Shown here one piece after another: positions 18,031 through 28,278 of a DNA stretch of 64,000 nt; position 1 is the stretch's first letter; each line of letters opens with the position of its first letter. A program made the position numbers and the translations under genes. Below the pieces are notes generated by a model. That model was not told the origin of the DNA. It ran no database searches and was given only the letters and a program-made list of their open reading frames with translations. This DNA is from Actinomycetota bacterium (GTDB lineage Bacteria; Actinomycetota; Actinomycetes; Nanopelagicales; Nanopelagicaceae). The DNA lies in contig WLJX01000005.1 in assembly GCA_009701575.1 (NCBI GenBank), positions 7,183-71,182 on the forward strand, read 5' to 3'.

Positions 18031-19899
18031 TCAAAGCCCCATAATTCGTGCTTGGGTGTCAAAATCAGGGACGTCTTTTCTTACTTGGTTAAAGTCACCT
18101 TGAGAAACTATTCGCCCGTTTTCAAGGTAAACAACTAAATCCGCATTGACCACAGTCGAAAGCCTGTGAGCAATAGTAATGACCGTAACATCCCCCTTGA
18201 GTGAAACTAAAGTCGAAGTAATTAGCTGCTCTGTCTTTCCATCAAGAGCATTAGTCGACTCATCCAGAATAAGTAATTTAGGCTTTGATATTAAAGCACG
18301 CGCAATTCCTATTCGTTGGCGCTGGCCACCACTTACTCGTGAGCCATTTTCACCGATTTCGATATTCAAGGAATTAGAATTCCCTACAAAAAACTCATCA
18401 AGCGCGCACCTTCGCAGAACATCTATGATTTCATCGTCAGTAAAAGTATTTTTGTTATAGCCATATTCAATATTCTCTCTAATTGTCCCATCAAGGATGA
18501 ATATCTCTTGAGGCACATACGATATTAGCCCAGGATTTTCCACTAGTACTTGCCTTGGCTCGCCATGAGATATTTGTACTACTCCAGAATCTGGCAAATT
18601 CAAACCAAGAATCAAGTCAATCAAAGAAGATTTTCCAGATCCAGTTGGTCCAACAATCGCAACGTATTTGCCGCTCTCTATTTTGAGATTAATGTTAACC
18701 AAGGTAGGAGAATTAGAATCACCGTAATCGAAATTGGCATTTTCAATCGCTACTACTGGTTCGAAATTTTGAATTCCATATTCTATGTTTCCTTGGGAAA
18801 TTGGCTTCTTATCACCTTCTATTAGTTTCTTCATATAATCTAAAGTAAGTCTTGCTGATGAAGAAGTCACTTGAATTTGTATCAAGCTTTGTTGCACTCG
18901 AATTGCAGCAGGAGCAACTCTAGAGCCGACAACTAGAAAAATTCCAAGCGAGGCTACAGCACGTCTTGCATCTAAGAAATAGAATTGCACGCCAGCAATA
19001 ATCAATGACCCAATAACTACAGATGCTTCCAAGACATATCGATTAATCAGCGGCAATGCAAGAACTTCAACATTTTTTCTAGTCAAATTCTCTTGCATAG
19101 TCATAAATTTCTTTTCAAAGAAATTTCTTTGACTCCTAACAAATATTTCACGATAAGAATTTATTATCGCAACAAGAAAAGAACCCTGTTCTATTTTATG
19201 CTTAGTTATCTCTTCGCCAATCATTTCTGCTCGGTGATTAACAAAAAAACTTAACCCAAGCCCAACAAATAAAATCAATACAATCGAAGTTCCGGCGGTT
19301 ATCGGGCTAATCAGAGCAAGGGATACAATCAAGAAAGAAATAACAATAATGTCAGAACCGAGTACGCTCACAGAGCCGAGTATTGAAACCATTAGTGATC
19401 GGGCACCTTCTGTGACGTAATAAAGTGTGCTCTGAGTGGAAAAAGTGTTGATAATAGATAGATTCCCATTCATTATCCGCTTCATAATTTCAGATGAAAC
19501 ACGATTACTTATTTTGCCTAAGAACAAGAGTAATTTTCTTGTCACTAAAATCGAGATAGAAGTTCTGGCAATTAGGACAACAACACTTGCAAATCCAAGC
19601 CAAAGAACTTGAGTCTCAAATCTCAGGTTTGTCAGTTTGAGAAAATTCAAGATCTGGTCTATTCGCTCTCCAGATTCACCGGACTCTATGGCAGTAACAG
19701 CGATTGAGCCCAATATCCCAATTAAGAAAATCCCCGCCAAGTCCAACAAACTCACGGCAACTAATGCCAAAGTTGCTAACTTAATTTGTCTCCTTTCTTT
19801 AGCTAGCAGAAGGTCGTATGCTGATCGAATTAGTCCTAGGTATGATTCAAATTCTCTGGGTTTCTTGTTGATTAAAGAATTCTTTTGTGAGTTTTTCAT
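18031..19899 (-). CDS. ABC transporter with fused permease and ATPase (PglK/MsbA-like glycan flippase candidate)
   Basis: N-terminal TM domain; Walker A GPTGSGKS, VSGGQRQR, LLILDE, IAHRLST; glycan-cluster context. Confidence 0.85.
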   Translation of the reverse strand: MKNSQKNSLINKKPREFESYLGLIRSAYDLLLAKERRQIKLATLALVAVSLLDLAGIFLIGILGSIAVTAIESGESGERIDQILNFLKLTNLRFETQVLWLGFASVVVLIARTSISILVTRKLLLFLGKISNRVSSEIMKRIMNGNLSIINTFSTQSTLYYVTEGARSLMVSILGSVSVLGSDIIVISFLIVSLALISPITAGTSIVLILFVGLGLSFFVNHRAEMIGEEITKHKIEQGSFLVAIINSYREIFVRSQRNFFEKKFMTMQENLTRKNVEVLALPLINRYVLEASVVIGSLIIAGVQFYFLDARRAVASLGIFLVVGSRVAPAAIRVQQSLIQIQVTSSSARLTLDYMKKLIEGDKKPISQGNIEYGIQNFEPVVAIENANFDYGDSNSPTLVNINLKIESGKYVAIVGPTGSGKSSLIDLILGLNLPDSGVVQISHGEPRQVLVENPGLISYVPQEIFILDGTIRENIEYGYNKNTFTDDEIIDVLRRCALDEFFVGNSNSLNIEIGENGSRVSGGQRQRIGIARALISKPKLLILDESTNALDGKTEQLITSTLVSLKGDVTVITIAHRLSTVVNADLVVYLENGRIVSQGDFNQVRKDVPDFDTQARIMGL

Positions 19900-19905
19900 A
19901 TTCGA

Positions 19906-20811
19906 TTAGATTCTTTTATCTGAAATTATCATCATGCTATGTCCATAGAGCTTCGATTTATCCGCAACTTTTAAGGCCAAGATTTTGAGTCCTAAGTGTG
20001 AAAAACGGAATAGCCTGAAAATCAAACCTAGTTGTCTGTAAAATCTTTGACTTAAGTAGAAAGCTAAGACATACGAAGAATCAATCTTGTTCCATTTCTC
20101 AAAGTAAACCGAACAATCCCTATAATTCGCAATTCTGAAACATTCTCTTAAAGCTTTCTCATTCCATCTCGTTAGGTGGTGTGGAGGAAAGTCAAACACC
20201 TCTTTACGGAATCTAGTCCTGTCTCGATTTGGCACTGAAACTGCAACTCTTGCTTTAGGGAAATTTAAGTGTATTTGCTCTAGTGATTCAGTGGGGTTTA
20301 CTAAATGTTCGAATACCTGAAAAGATGTAACAAGGCTTGGTTCGAAATCCAATCTTTTCAATTCGGCAAAATCCGCAACTACTTTAATGCCTAATTTCGT
20401 CAAGTAATTTCTTGCGTTTTCCGAATAGTCCATGGCAATCACTTCATGTCCTTGAGCTAAAGCTTTCAATGCAAAAGTCCCAGACCCAGCACCAACATCA
20501 AGAATTCTCTGCTTGGTGTCCAACAAACTCAAAACGAAATCAAACTCCCATCTATTTGGAGCATACAAATTTTGAGCTGAAATCCAATTATAAAACTCTT
20601 CGTTGCCCACAAAAATGGGCAGAAAAAACTGCAAATCGCAAAAAAGGCAATTTTGTAATTCAAATACTTGCTTAGACTCAGTAACTTGACTTGGTACTGT
20701 TGTGAATTCAGTTTGGTAGAGTCTCGAGAGCTCCGATGAATCAATTTTTTCCAGCGCAGTATAACTTTTCGAACCACAGAGCAGGCAATGTGCTTCTTTC
20801 AAATTCTCCAT
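19906..20811 (-). CDS. Class I SAM-dependent methyltransferase with N-terminal CxxC pairs
   Basis: CLLC..CLFC; ILDVGAGSG; FQVFEHL; VPN; PPHHL. Confidence 0.8.
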   Translation of the reverse strand: MENLKEAHCLLCGSKSYTALEKIDSSELSRLYQTEFTTVPSQVTESKQVFELQNCLFCDLQFFLPIFVGNEEFYNWISAQNLYAPNRWEFDFVLSLLDTKQRILDVGAGSGTFALKALAQGHEVIAMDYSENARNYLTKLGIKVVADFAELKRLDFEPSLVTSFQVFEHLVNPTESLEQIHLNFPKARVAVSVPNRDRTRFRKEVFDFPPHHLTRWNEKALRECFRIANYRDCSVYFEKWNKIDSSYVLAFYLSQRFYRQLGLIFRLFRFSHLGLKILALKVADKSKLYGHSMMIISDKRI

Positions 20812-20863
20812 GGGCTTATTCTACTCCTGAATCAAGATGAATAATTTAACTCTCCACTTCTCT

Positions 20864-21946
20864 TCAATGAAAACTTGAATAGATTTCTTCATATTTAGTA
20901 GCACAAATTTCCCAATCAAATTTTTGAGCAAGCAAGAGGGAATTCTTACCCAATTTCTTGCGCATTTTTGGATCGGAGGATAAGACATCTATCGCCTTAG
21001 CCAGCGATGAAATGTCTCCGGGTGCGATAATGAATCCATTCCACAAATCTTTCACAAGTAAATTATTTCCACCAACATCAAAAGCTATAACTGGTAATCC
21101 TCCAGCGATTTCTTCAAGGATAGCGTTACTCAATCCCTCTGTTTCCGATGGATGAATTGCAAAACTTGCCTTTTTGATTTCATAATCTACATTGGCTGGT
21201 CTAGGAACTATTTCTATTTTCTTCCCCAAATTATTTCTATTAACTGCAATCAAAATTTCTTCTTCCATAGGACCTGAGCCGCATATTCGGATGCTTACAT
21301 CTTCTTTGACTAATTTTAAAGATTCTATGAGAACCATAAATCCCTTATATGGATGTAGGTTTGACACAACTACTGCATTTGGCAACTCGTATCTTGAAAT
21401 TTCCCCAATGTTTGATATATCTACTCCATTATAAATGCAATGAATATTTGAATTGGTGGATCTCGTGAAATTCTCAACGTCAGTAACTAAGTGAGGAGAG
21501 TTACAAATAACGGCAGAAGCTTTTTTCAAAGCTGAGACAAATAATTTACGTGCTACAAATCCAAGTTTTGGCGTGAATCCGCGAACACCTGCGACCCTTT
21601 TACTCTTTCTGGCAAAAACTCGCGCGATGTTTAAATATACTAATATCGACTCCGTTAATTGGCTTTGAATAATGGATGGTCTTAGCTTGATAATTTTAAC
21701 AATGAGGGAAATTAAATTTCTACATGTCGAGAAGATAAATCTAGGATTTCTAAATCTTATCGAATAAACCTTAAAAGGAATTCCAAATTCAATACATTCA
21801 GCCGTCAACGGGCCACCTGAAGATGTGAACCAGATTCTTGCATCCCATCCACGATCAATAAGCTCTCGCGCTAATCGAACAGTTTGTTTTTCTGTTCCCC
21901 CTATTTCGGCTGAGCCGATTATGAATAAAATAGACTTATTTGCCAA
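20864..21946 (-). CDS. Glycosyltransferase family 4
   Basis: IGGTEKQ, IYNGVD, KG, PSETEGLSNAILE...PVIA..VGG. Confidence 0.9.
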   Translation of the reverse strand: MANKSILFIIGSAEIGGTEKQTVRLARELIDRGWDARIWFTSSGGPLTAECIEFGIPFKVYSIRFRNPRFIFSTCRNLISLIVKIIKLRPSIIQSQLTESILVYLNIARVFARKSKRVAGVRGFTPKLGFVARKLFVSALKKASAVICNSPHLVTDVENFTRSTNSNIHCIYNGVDISNIGEISRYELPNAVVVSNLHPYKGFMVLIESLKLVKEDVSIRICGSGPMEEEILIAVNRNNLGKKIEIVPRPANVDYEIKKASFAIHPSETEGLSNAILEEIAGGLPVIAFDVGGNNLLVKDLWNGFIIAPGDISSLAKAIDVLSSDPKMRKKLGKNSLLLAQKFDWEICATKYEEIYSSFH

Positions 21947-22144
21947 CGTCCCAGACCTCCATAATCGTCCGTAAATTTCTTGCCTATTCGTTAAACCTGT
22001 CGAAAGCTTTCATTTGTACAAAAGGCAATGATAGAGCCAGGTTGGTTTAAGTGCTTATTTAACACGATTTTTTGCCTATCCTGCTAGTCTTCAGACTCTA
22101 ATCACTTGATTTAAAGTTCTTAACAGTGAAAGGGATAGCGGCAA

Positions 22145-22897
22145 TTGAAATTAATGCGAAGTGCAATAAGTCTGTTTAGTTATCTCCTTAAATTTATTGT
22201 TAAACGTGACGAATATAGCCAGTTTGTATTGGCTGAATATATCTCTTCTAGAATTTATCCAAAATTGAAGTTTAGTGAATTCGGACGTCGATGGCTTGAA
22301 GATTCATCCTTTTTTGAATATTACGAGTCGGTGATGGATAAAGAGAATTGGCATTCAGCGGACCGAAAGTTCAATTTGAGAAATTTGATGAATCTTATAA
22401 AAAAGGATAACGAAGCGAATTTAATTGAGTTTGGTGCTTATAAAGGCGCAAGTGCACTTCTAATGTGCGAGTGGGCCAATGAACGTAACGGAAGCGTTTA
22501 TTTGTTGGATTCCTTTAAAGGCTTATCAGAACCAGGACCCAAAGATGGTAATTATTGGCAAAAGTCAGATTTAAGAGCGACGGTTGAAGATGTTCAAAAA
22601 ACTTTGACACATTATTCAAATTTTGAAATTTTCCCTGGGTACATACCGGATAGTCTTAAAGCCATCCCAGAAAAAGTTTTTGATTTTGCGCATTTTGACC
22701 TTGATCTCTTTCAGCCCACTTTAGACTCTCTAAATTATATTTATCCAAGAATGTCTAAGGGCGGAGTTCTCGTATTTGATGATTATGGTTTTCTTTCATG
22801 CCCTGGTGTAACAAGCGCGGTTGATCAGTTTTTTGTGGATAAGCAGGAGAACGTTGTAGAGATTTCAAGTGGTCAAGCTTTTGTAGTGATTCTTTGA
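22145..22897 (+). CDS. TylF/MycF/NovP-family O-methyltransferase
   Basis: EFGAYKGAS, DSFKGL, FAHFDLDL, GGVLVFDDYG..CPGV..AVD. Confidence 0.85.
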   Translation: MKLMRSAISLFSYLLKFIVKRDEYSQFVLAEYISSRIYPKLKFSEFGRRWLEDSSFFEYYESVMDKENWHSADRKFNLRNLMNLIKKDNEANLIEFGAYKGASALLMCEWANERNGSVYLLDSFKGLSEPGPKDGNYWQKSDLRATVEDVQKTLTHYSNFEIFPGYIPDSLKAIPEKVFDFAHFDLDLFQPTLDSLNYIYPRMSKGGVLVFDDYGFLSCPGVTSAVDQFFVDKQENVVEISSGQAFVVIL

Positions 22898-22953
22898 TAA
22901 GTAATAGAAAGTAACCTTCTCATAATACTCTGCGAAGAGAGGAATCTAGAATC

Positions 22954-24837
22954 ATGTGCGGAATAGCTGGGCGAGTTGGGCCTCACGCAGGAAGTTCATC
23001 AACCATTAAGAGAATGACCGACTCAATTGTTCATAGAGGTCCAGATGATGAAGGCTTCTATGTTTCAGATGGAATAGAACTTGGCATGAGAAGACTTGCA
23101 ATTATTGATTTGAAAGGGGGTAAGCAACCGGTTTCAGACGAATCTGGCAAAATTCAAGTTGTTTTTAACGGCGAGATTTACAACTATAAAGCCTTACAGG
23201 ACGGGCTAATAAAAGCTGGTCATACCTTGAAGTCGAATTCAGATACAGAGGTAATCGCCCACTTATATGAAGATCACGGTACAAACTTTATCTCGATGCT
23301 ACACGGAATGTTTGCAATTGCCATTTGGGACTCCAATAGTAATAAATTGATTCTGATTCGCGATCGTTTCGGGAAAAAACCACTTTTTTATCAACAGAAT
23401 CTGACTGGTGGAATGGATTTCGCGTCTGAAATTCGGGCACTAAAATATTCTGATTCTTCAAATTTCAATTCAAGAAATGTTAATCCGTCTGCAATTAATA
23501 ATCTATTAACTTTTGGCTACATACATTCACCAGACTCGGTTTTTACAGGAATAAAGTCGCTGCCGGCAGGAAACTTCCTTGAATGGAAATTGGGTTCGGT
23601 TTCCGAAGCAAAACCGTACTGGGCACCTCCTATAAATGTTCCAGAAAAATGGAGTGAAGAAGAGGCGCTTGATCAAGTTCGTAAAGTTGTTTTTGATGCG
23701 GTCTCCGAGCGAATGGTTTCGGAACGAGCTATGGGAACTTTTCTGAGTGGAGGAATAGATAGCACGGTAGTCACAGCAATTGCCTCTAAACTCCACGGCA
23801 AAAAGATTCAAACTTTTAGCATTGGATTCCAAGAAAAAGATTACGATGAGTCGGTTTATGCCGAAAATGTTGCGAAATATCTTGGTACAGATCATAAAAC
23901 GCTTGTAGTAAATCCAAATCCAGTCGAAATTATTCAGGACCTGGCAAAGACATTTGATCAGCCATTCGCAGACTCAAGCGCCGTTCCAACATTTATCTTG
24001 AGCAAATTGGCTAGAGAAAATATTGTGGTTTCGCTAACTGGTGATGGCGGCGATGAAATTTTCTCTGGATATGATCGCTATAGATTAGTACCTCAATTAG
24101 ATAGATTGAATTCAATTTTACGCATTCTTGAACCCTTTAAGAATCAAATTTCGTGGGCATCAAAGAATTCAAATTCAAGAAAACTAAGAAGTTTGTCTAG
24201 GCATATAATTGCAAATAAGGACTTTTCATCTCGATATCTACACACAATGACTTTAATCCCTTTAGCAATTCGTCAAGAATTGCTAAATAAAGAATTTATA
24301 AATAAAGACGAAATAGCAAAACCAGAATCTGACTTCATCTCGCTTTGGAACAAATTGGAATCAAGAACGAGTAATAAAGTCGAAATTATGAGCAATTTAG
24401 ATATTTTAACTTACCTTCCAGGGGATATTTTGGCTAAAGTCGATATGACCTCCATGAACAATTCTTTAGAGACTAGAAGTCCGTTTCTTGACTATAGAGT
24501 CCTTGATGTTGCCTCACGTATTCCACACGAGTTACGCATTAAGAATGGAAAATCAAAGTACCTATTACGCAAACTGGCTTGCGAATTTGTCCCAAATGAA
24601 TTGATTGACCGCCCGAAAATGGGTTTCGCAATTCCTAGGGCGAGCTGGTTAAGAGGACCATTAAAAGATGTAACATACGATTTACTTACAGACCAAACAT
24701 GCATATCAAGAGGCTGGTTCAATCAGGCGAGTATTAATCAAATTTTAAAGCAACACATGAGCGGCATAGACCAAGATATTTTGATATGGCCACTACTTAT
24801 GACAGAACTATGGGCTAGAAATTGGCTTGATAATTAG
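22954..24837 (+). CDS. asnB: Asparagine synthase (glutamine-hydrolysing) family amidotransferase, probably acting on the glycan
   Basis: MCGIAG, HRGPD, RRLAIID, NGEIYN, LSGGIDS, GDGGDE, ETRSPFLD, PKMGF. Confidence 0.9.
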   Translation: MCGIAGRVGPHAGSSSTIKRMTDSIVHRGPDDEGFYVSDGIELGMRRLAIIDLKGGKQPVSDESGKIQVVFNGEIYNYKALQDGLIKAGHTLKSNSDTEVIAHLYEDHGTNFISMLHGMFAIAIWDSNSNKLILIRDRFGKKPLFYQQNLTGGMDFASEIRALKYSDSSNFNSRNVNPSAINNLLTFGYIHSPDSVFTGIKSLPAGNFLEWKLGSVSEAKPYWAPPINVPEKWSEEEALDQVRKVVFDAVSERMVSERAMGTFLSGGIDSTVVTAIASKLHGKKIQTFSIGFQEKDYDESVYAENVAKYLGTDHKTLVVNPNPVEIIQDLAKTFDQPFADSSAVPTFILSKLARENIVVSLTGDGGDEIFSGYDRYRLVPQLDRLNSILRILEPFKNQISWASKNSNSRKLRSLSRHIIANKDFSSRYLHTMTLIPLAIRQELLNKEFINKDEIAKPESDFISLWNKLESRTSNKVEIMSNLDILTYLPGDILAKVDMTSMNNSLETRSPFLDYRVLDVASRIPHELRIKNGKSKYLLRKLACEFVPNELIDRPKMGFAIPRASWLRGPLKDVTYDLLTDQTCISRGWFNQASINQILKQHMSGIDQDILIWPLLMTELWARNWLDN

Positions 24838-24890
24838 ATTTCTTAGTTGCGTTGAATTCGTTCTGTAATGGTTACCTATATAGTTCACTT

Positions 24891-25844
24891 ATGAAAATTG
24901 GGGTTACGGGCGGTGCCGGATTTATTGGTACTAATCTGGTGCAAGAATTGCTTTCCAATGGGCATGATGTTTCTATTCTGGATGATCTTTCTACTGGCCT
25001 AAAGAGCAATGTAGAAAAATTGGATTTGGAAATGATCACTGGAAGCATTAATGATGTTGATGTGCTCGATAAATTTGTAGCAAATGTAGATAAAGTCGTT
25101 CATCTCGCAGCTCGTGGCTCTGTTCCCCGCTCAATTAAGAATCCTCTAAAGACCCATGAAGTAAATGTTATGGGAACTTTGAATGTGCTAGAGGCATGTC
25201 GAAAATATAATAAGTATCTTATTTTCTCATCTTCATCCTCGGTGTATGGTTCAAATACCACGCTCCCAAAGAATGAAAAACAATGGACTAACCCGCTATC
25301 ACCTTATGGTGCCTCAAAACTTTCTGGTGAAGCATTTGCGAATTCATATGGGTCGACTTATTCACTTCCTGTTCTCGTGTTCCGATTCTTTAATGTATTT
25401 GGTCCTTGGCAAAGACCTGACCATGACTATGCAGCCGTTCTACCCAAATGGATTTGGTCTGCGATGAATAATGAACCTATAGAAGTTCATGGTGACGGGA
25501 AACAAACAAGAGATTTTACATTTGTTCAGACGCCTGTTCAGATCATCATTGATGCGATTAAGCGAGAGGTGACTTCTCAGACCCCAATAAATTTGGCTTA
25601 TGGAAATAGGATAAGCCTCTTGGAAGTAATAGAAATATTAAGAGAAAGTTTTCCAAATTTGGAAATTATGAACTCTCCAGAACGTCTAGGTGATGTGAGA
25701 AACTCGCAAAATGACCCGAGTCTACTAAAAGAGTATTTTCCTTCTGATTATTCGGTAGATTTCAAGGACGCCCTATCAACAACCATTGATTGGTATCGAG
25801 ATAACTTTTCTAGGATAGTTTCCGACATTGGAATTAGGGGTTAG
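24891..25844 (+). CDS. NAD-dependent nucleotide-sugar epimerase (WbpP/GalE-like)
   Basis: TGGAGFIG, HLAARGSVPRS, SSSSVYG, YGASK, RFFNVFGP; TATAGT 6 nt upstream of the ATG. Confidence 0.88.
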   Translation: MKIGVTGGAGFIGTNLVQELLSNGHDVSILDDLSTGLKSNVEKLDLEMITGSINDVDVLDKFVANVDKVVHLAARGSVPRSIKNPLKTHEVNVMGTLNVLEACRKYNKYLIFSSSSSVYGSNTTLPKNEKQWTNPLSPYGASKLSGEAFANSYGSTYSLPVLVFRFFNVFGPWQRPDHDYAAVLPKWIWSAMNNEPIEVHGDGKQTRDFTFVQTPVQIIIDAIKREVTSQTPINLAYGNRISLLEVIEILRESFPNLEIMNSPERLGDVRNSQNDPSLLKEYFPSDYSVDFKDALSTTIDWYRDNFSRIVSDIGIRG

Positions 25845-25851
25845 AAGAGTG

Positions 25852-26829
25852 ATGCAAAAATATTTAATAACCGGTGGGGCTGGTTTTATCGGCTCACATT
25901 TAGCGGATAATCTTTTGGCGAGCGGTAATGAAGTAATTGTCTTAGATGATTTGTCTACTGGCAGGCTTGAAAATATAGAACAAAATTCAGATAATTCTAA
26001 ATTCAAGTTTGTTGAAGGTTCAATTCTTGATGAAGAGTTAGTTTCAAGAATGATAGGAGAAACTGACCAAGTCTTACACCTGGCCGCTGCTGTGGGCGTA
26101 TTTAGTATCATGAAAGATCCTCTTGGAAGCTTAAAAACAAATATACGAGGATCTGAAATTGTTCTTGAAAATGCTTGTAAGTTTATGAAACCCGTATTGG
26201 TTACGAGCACAAGTGAAATTTATGGTAAAAATACTTCAGATTTGTTATCAGAAGATGATGATCGAATACTGGGTTCAGCCACTAAAACTAGATGGTCATA
26301 TAGCGAAGCAAAGGCAATCGAAGAATTTTTGGCGTATTCATATTGGAAGACTGCAAACCTGGAAACAAGAATCGTAAGACTTTTCAATACGGTGGGGCCA
26401 AGGCAGGTCGGAAGTTATGGAATGGTGATTCCAAGATTCATTAGTGCAGCGATTGCCGGAGAAAGTATTCAAGTTTATGGAAATGGTGAACAAACTCGTT
26501 GTTTTGGCCATGTGAGTGATATTTCACAGGGGATAATTTCAGTTCTAAATTCGAGACAAACTATAGGAGAAGTCCTTAATTTAGGTGTGAATTTTGAGAT
26601 AAGCATAATTGACTTAGCACAATTGATTATCAAAAAGACAAACTCAACTAGCAAAATTGAATTAGTTCCATACGATCAAGCGTATGAAGAAGGATTTGAA
26701 GATATGCAGCGACGCGTGCCTGATACACGAAAGATTGAAAGAATAACAGGATGGAAAGCTAAGCTAAATCTTGAACAAATAATTGATGACGTAATTAGTT
26801 ATCAACTTTCTACTCAACATAAAGTCTGA
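25852..26829 (+). CDS. NAD-dependent epimerase/dehydratase
   Basis: TGGAGFIG, HLAAAVGV, STSEIYG, YSEAK, RLFNTVGPRQ. Confidence 0.88.
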   Translation: MQKYLITGGAGFIGSHLADNLLASGNEVIVLDDLSTGRLENIEQNSDNSKFKFVEGSILDEELVSRMIGETDQVLHLAAAVGVFSIMKDPLGSLKTNIRGSEIVLENACKFMKPVLVTSTSEIYGKNTSDLLSEDDDRILGSATKTRWSYSEAKAIEEFLAYSYWKTANLETRIVRLFNTVGPRQVGSYGMVIPRFISAAIAGESIQVYGNGEQTRCFGHVSDISQGIISVLNSRQTIGEVLNLGVNFEISIIDLAQLIIKKTNSTSKIELVPYDQAYEEGFEDMQRRVPDTRKIERITGWKAKLNLEQIIDDVISYQLSTQHKV

Positions 26830-27959
26830 TAAATATTCTGGTGATCATTAACTAAACGCATCACACCGAATTTACTGGTGGTTATTTCTTTAGCTGTTTG
26901 CCCCATTGCCTTTGCTAGGTTCGGGTCATTTCTAAGCCTCGCTAGGGCATCGGTAAAATGGGTCGGATTAAAATCTGTTATGAATCCAGATGAGCCATCC
27001 AAAACTATTTCACTAACAGAACCAACGTTTGTGCTGACTACAGGTTTTCCTGCCATTCCTGCTTGGATGAGTGAAAGTGGCATCCCTTCGTTATCGCTAG
27101 TCAAGATAACAATGTCCGAGGCGGCAAGAATTAATTCAATATCTTCGCGCCAACCCAGAAATGTAATTGGCAAGTCCTTTGCCTTAGCAGTTTTTATGGT
27201 TTGTTCAAGCAAGTCGCCAGCACCAGCAACGATGAAATTAAGGTTAAGGTTCCGTTTTTTGGATTCTTCGACAACTTCTAAGAATCTATCGGGCCTCTTG
27301 ATTTGCGTTATACGGCCGATAAAACTGACATACATGTTGGCTTGGTTAAGCCCTAATGCCGCTAAAGCTTCTTCTCGGGTTGGGATATTTCTGAGTTCAA
27401 GGCCAGGTGGCATAACTACAAATTTTGAACTCTTTGCAATTTTGGCTTGAACTAGATCATCTCTAACTTTGGATCCAACCGCGAAAATTTTAGTTGTAAA
27501 AAGAGCTAACGAGCGCTCAAGAACAATTACTAATTGAGTCTTGAACTTACCAAAGTACCCATGCAGTAAATGTCCATGAAAAGTGTGAATTCGCACGGAG
27601 CGATGGCCAGAGAGAAGTGATGCGATTCGGCCAACAACACCTGCCTTTGCAGTGTGGGTATGAACAACATCTGGTTTGAATTTACGGATTAATTTAATCA
27701 ATTGGAGAAGGGACTTTAGGTCTCCGAAGAGCGAGATAGATCGACCTAGGCCTTCAATTCTTGTTGCGGTGATATCGGTTGCTGAAGTTTCGAGGTAGTC
27801 GGATTCATCTTCGGCACAATAGCCAGTTACTAGTATTTGTTCGAATTTAGTTTCATCAAAATGGCGCATCAACCCAGAAATTTGAACAGCCGGGCCACCT
27901 ACGTTCATGCGTGCGATAATGCGCATGACTTTTATTTTCTTGGTCACCGGATTCGTCAC
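26814..27959 (-). CDS. Glycosyltransferase family 4
   Basis: RMNVGGPA, HTHTAKAG, HTFHGH, SDNEGMPLSLIQA; likely GTG start at 27959 with TACAAT 6 nt upstream (frame stays open to 28124). Confidence 0.88.
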   Translation of the reverse strand: MTNPVTKKIKVMRIIARMNVGGPAVQISGLMRHFDETKFEQILVTGYCAEDESDYLETSATDITATRIEGLGRSISLFGDLKSLLQLIKLIRKFKPDVVHTHTAKAGVVGRIASLLSGHRSVRIHTFHGHLLHGYFGKFKTQLVIVLERSLALFTTKIFAVGSKVRDDLVQAKIAKSSKFVVMPPGLELRNIPTREEALAALGLNQANMYVSFIGRITQIKRPDRFLEVVEESKKRNLNLNFIVAGAGDLLEQTIKTAKAKDLPITFLGWREDIELILAASDIVILTSDNEGMPLSLIQAGMAGKPVVSTNVGSVSEIVLDGSSGFITDFNPTHFTDALARLRNDPNLAKAMGQTAKEITTSKFGVMRLVNDHQNIYQTLC

Positions 27960-28082
27960 AAGGTGATTGTATCGACGCTCCTGCAGTTTTTGATTAGTAC
28001 CTAGTTTTGAGTTCAAGAATTTGATGGGAAATAGGGATTTGATTAGTTTTTCACTTATCCTCGAAATTTGCTGCGGGGCTGA

Positions 28083-28180
28083 GGCGAGAAAAAAGGCATT
28101 TCGAAACCGAGTGGTAGCACTCATTCACCTACTCCCATAATCGAGTAAATGATGTAGTAACCGGTTGCCTTGTTTTCGCC
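28083..28180. ncRNA. Candidate structured RNA element at the right border of the glycan cassette
   Basis: Closing stem ggcgagaaaaaaggca / tgccttgttttcgcc encloses accg/cggt, gagtg/cactc and tactc/gagta stems; no family recognised. Confidence 0.3.
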
Positions 28181-28236
28181 AGGCGGAGATTGGGTCAACT
28201 TGCTTCATAAAACTTACATTGGCACGCTTGAGTCTT

Positions 28237-28278
28237 TGTATTTACTATGTATTTACTATGTATTTAGAGTGTATTTAC
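28237..28278 (+). repeat. Four tandem 11-bp direct repeats (TGTATTTA core)
   Basis: tgtatttacta tgtatttacta tgtatttagag tgtatttac. Confidence 0.85.

Noticed and set aside
28237-28278. Tandem repeats as a CRISPR array
   Set aside because: Units are 11 bp and contiguous, with no spacers and no cas genes.
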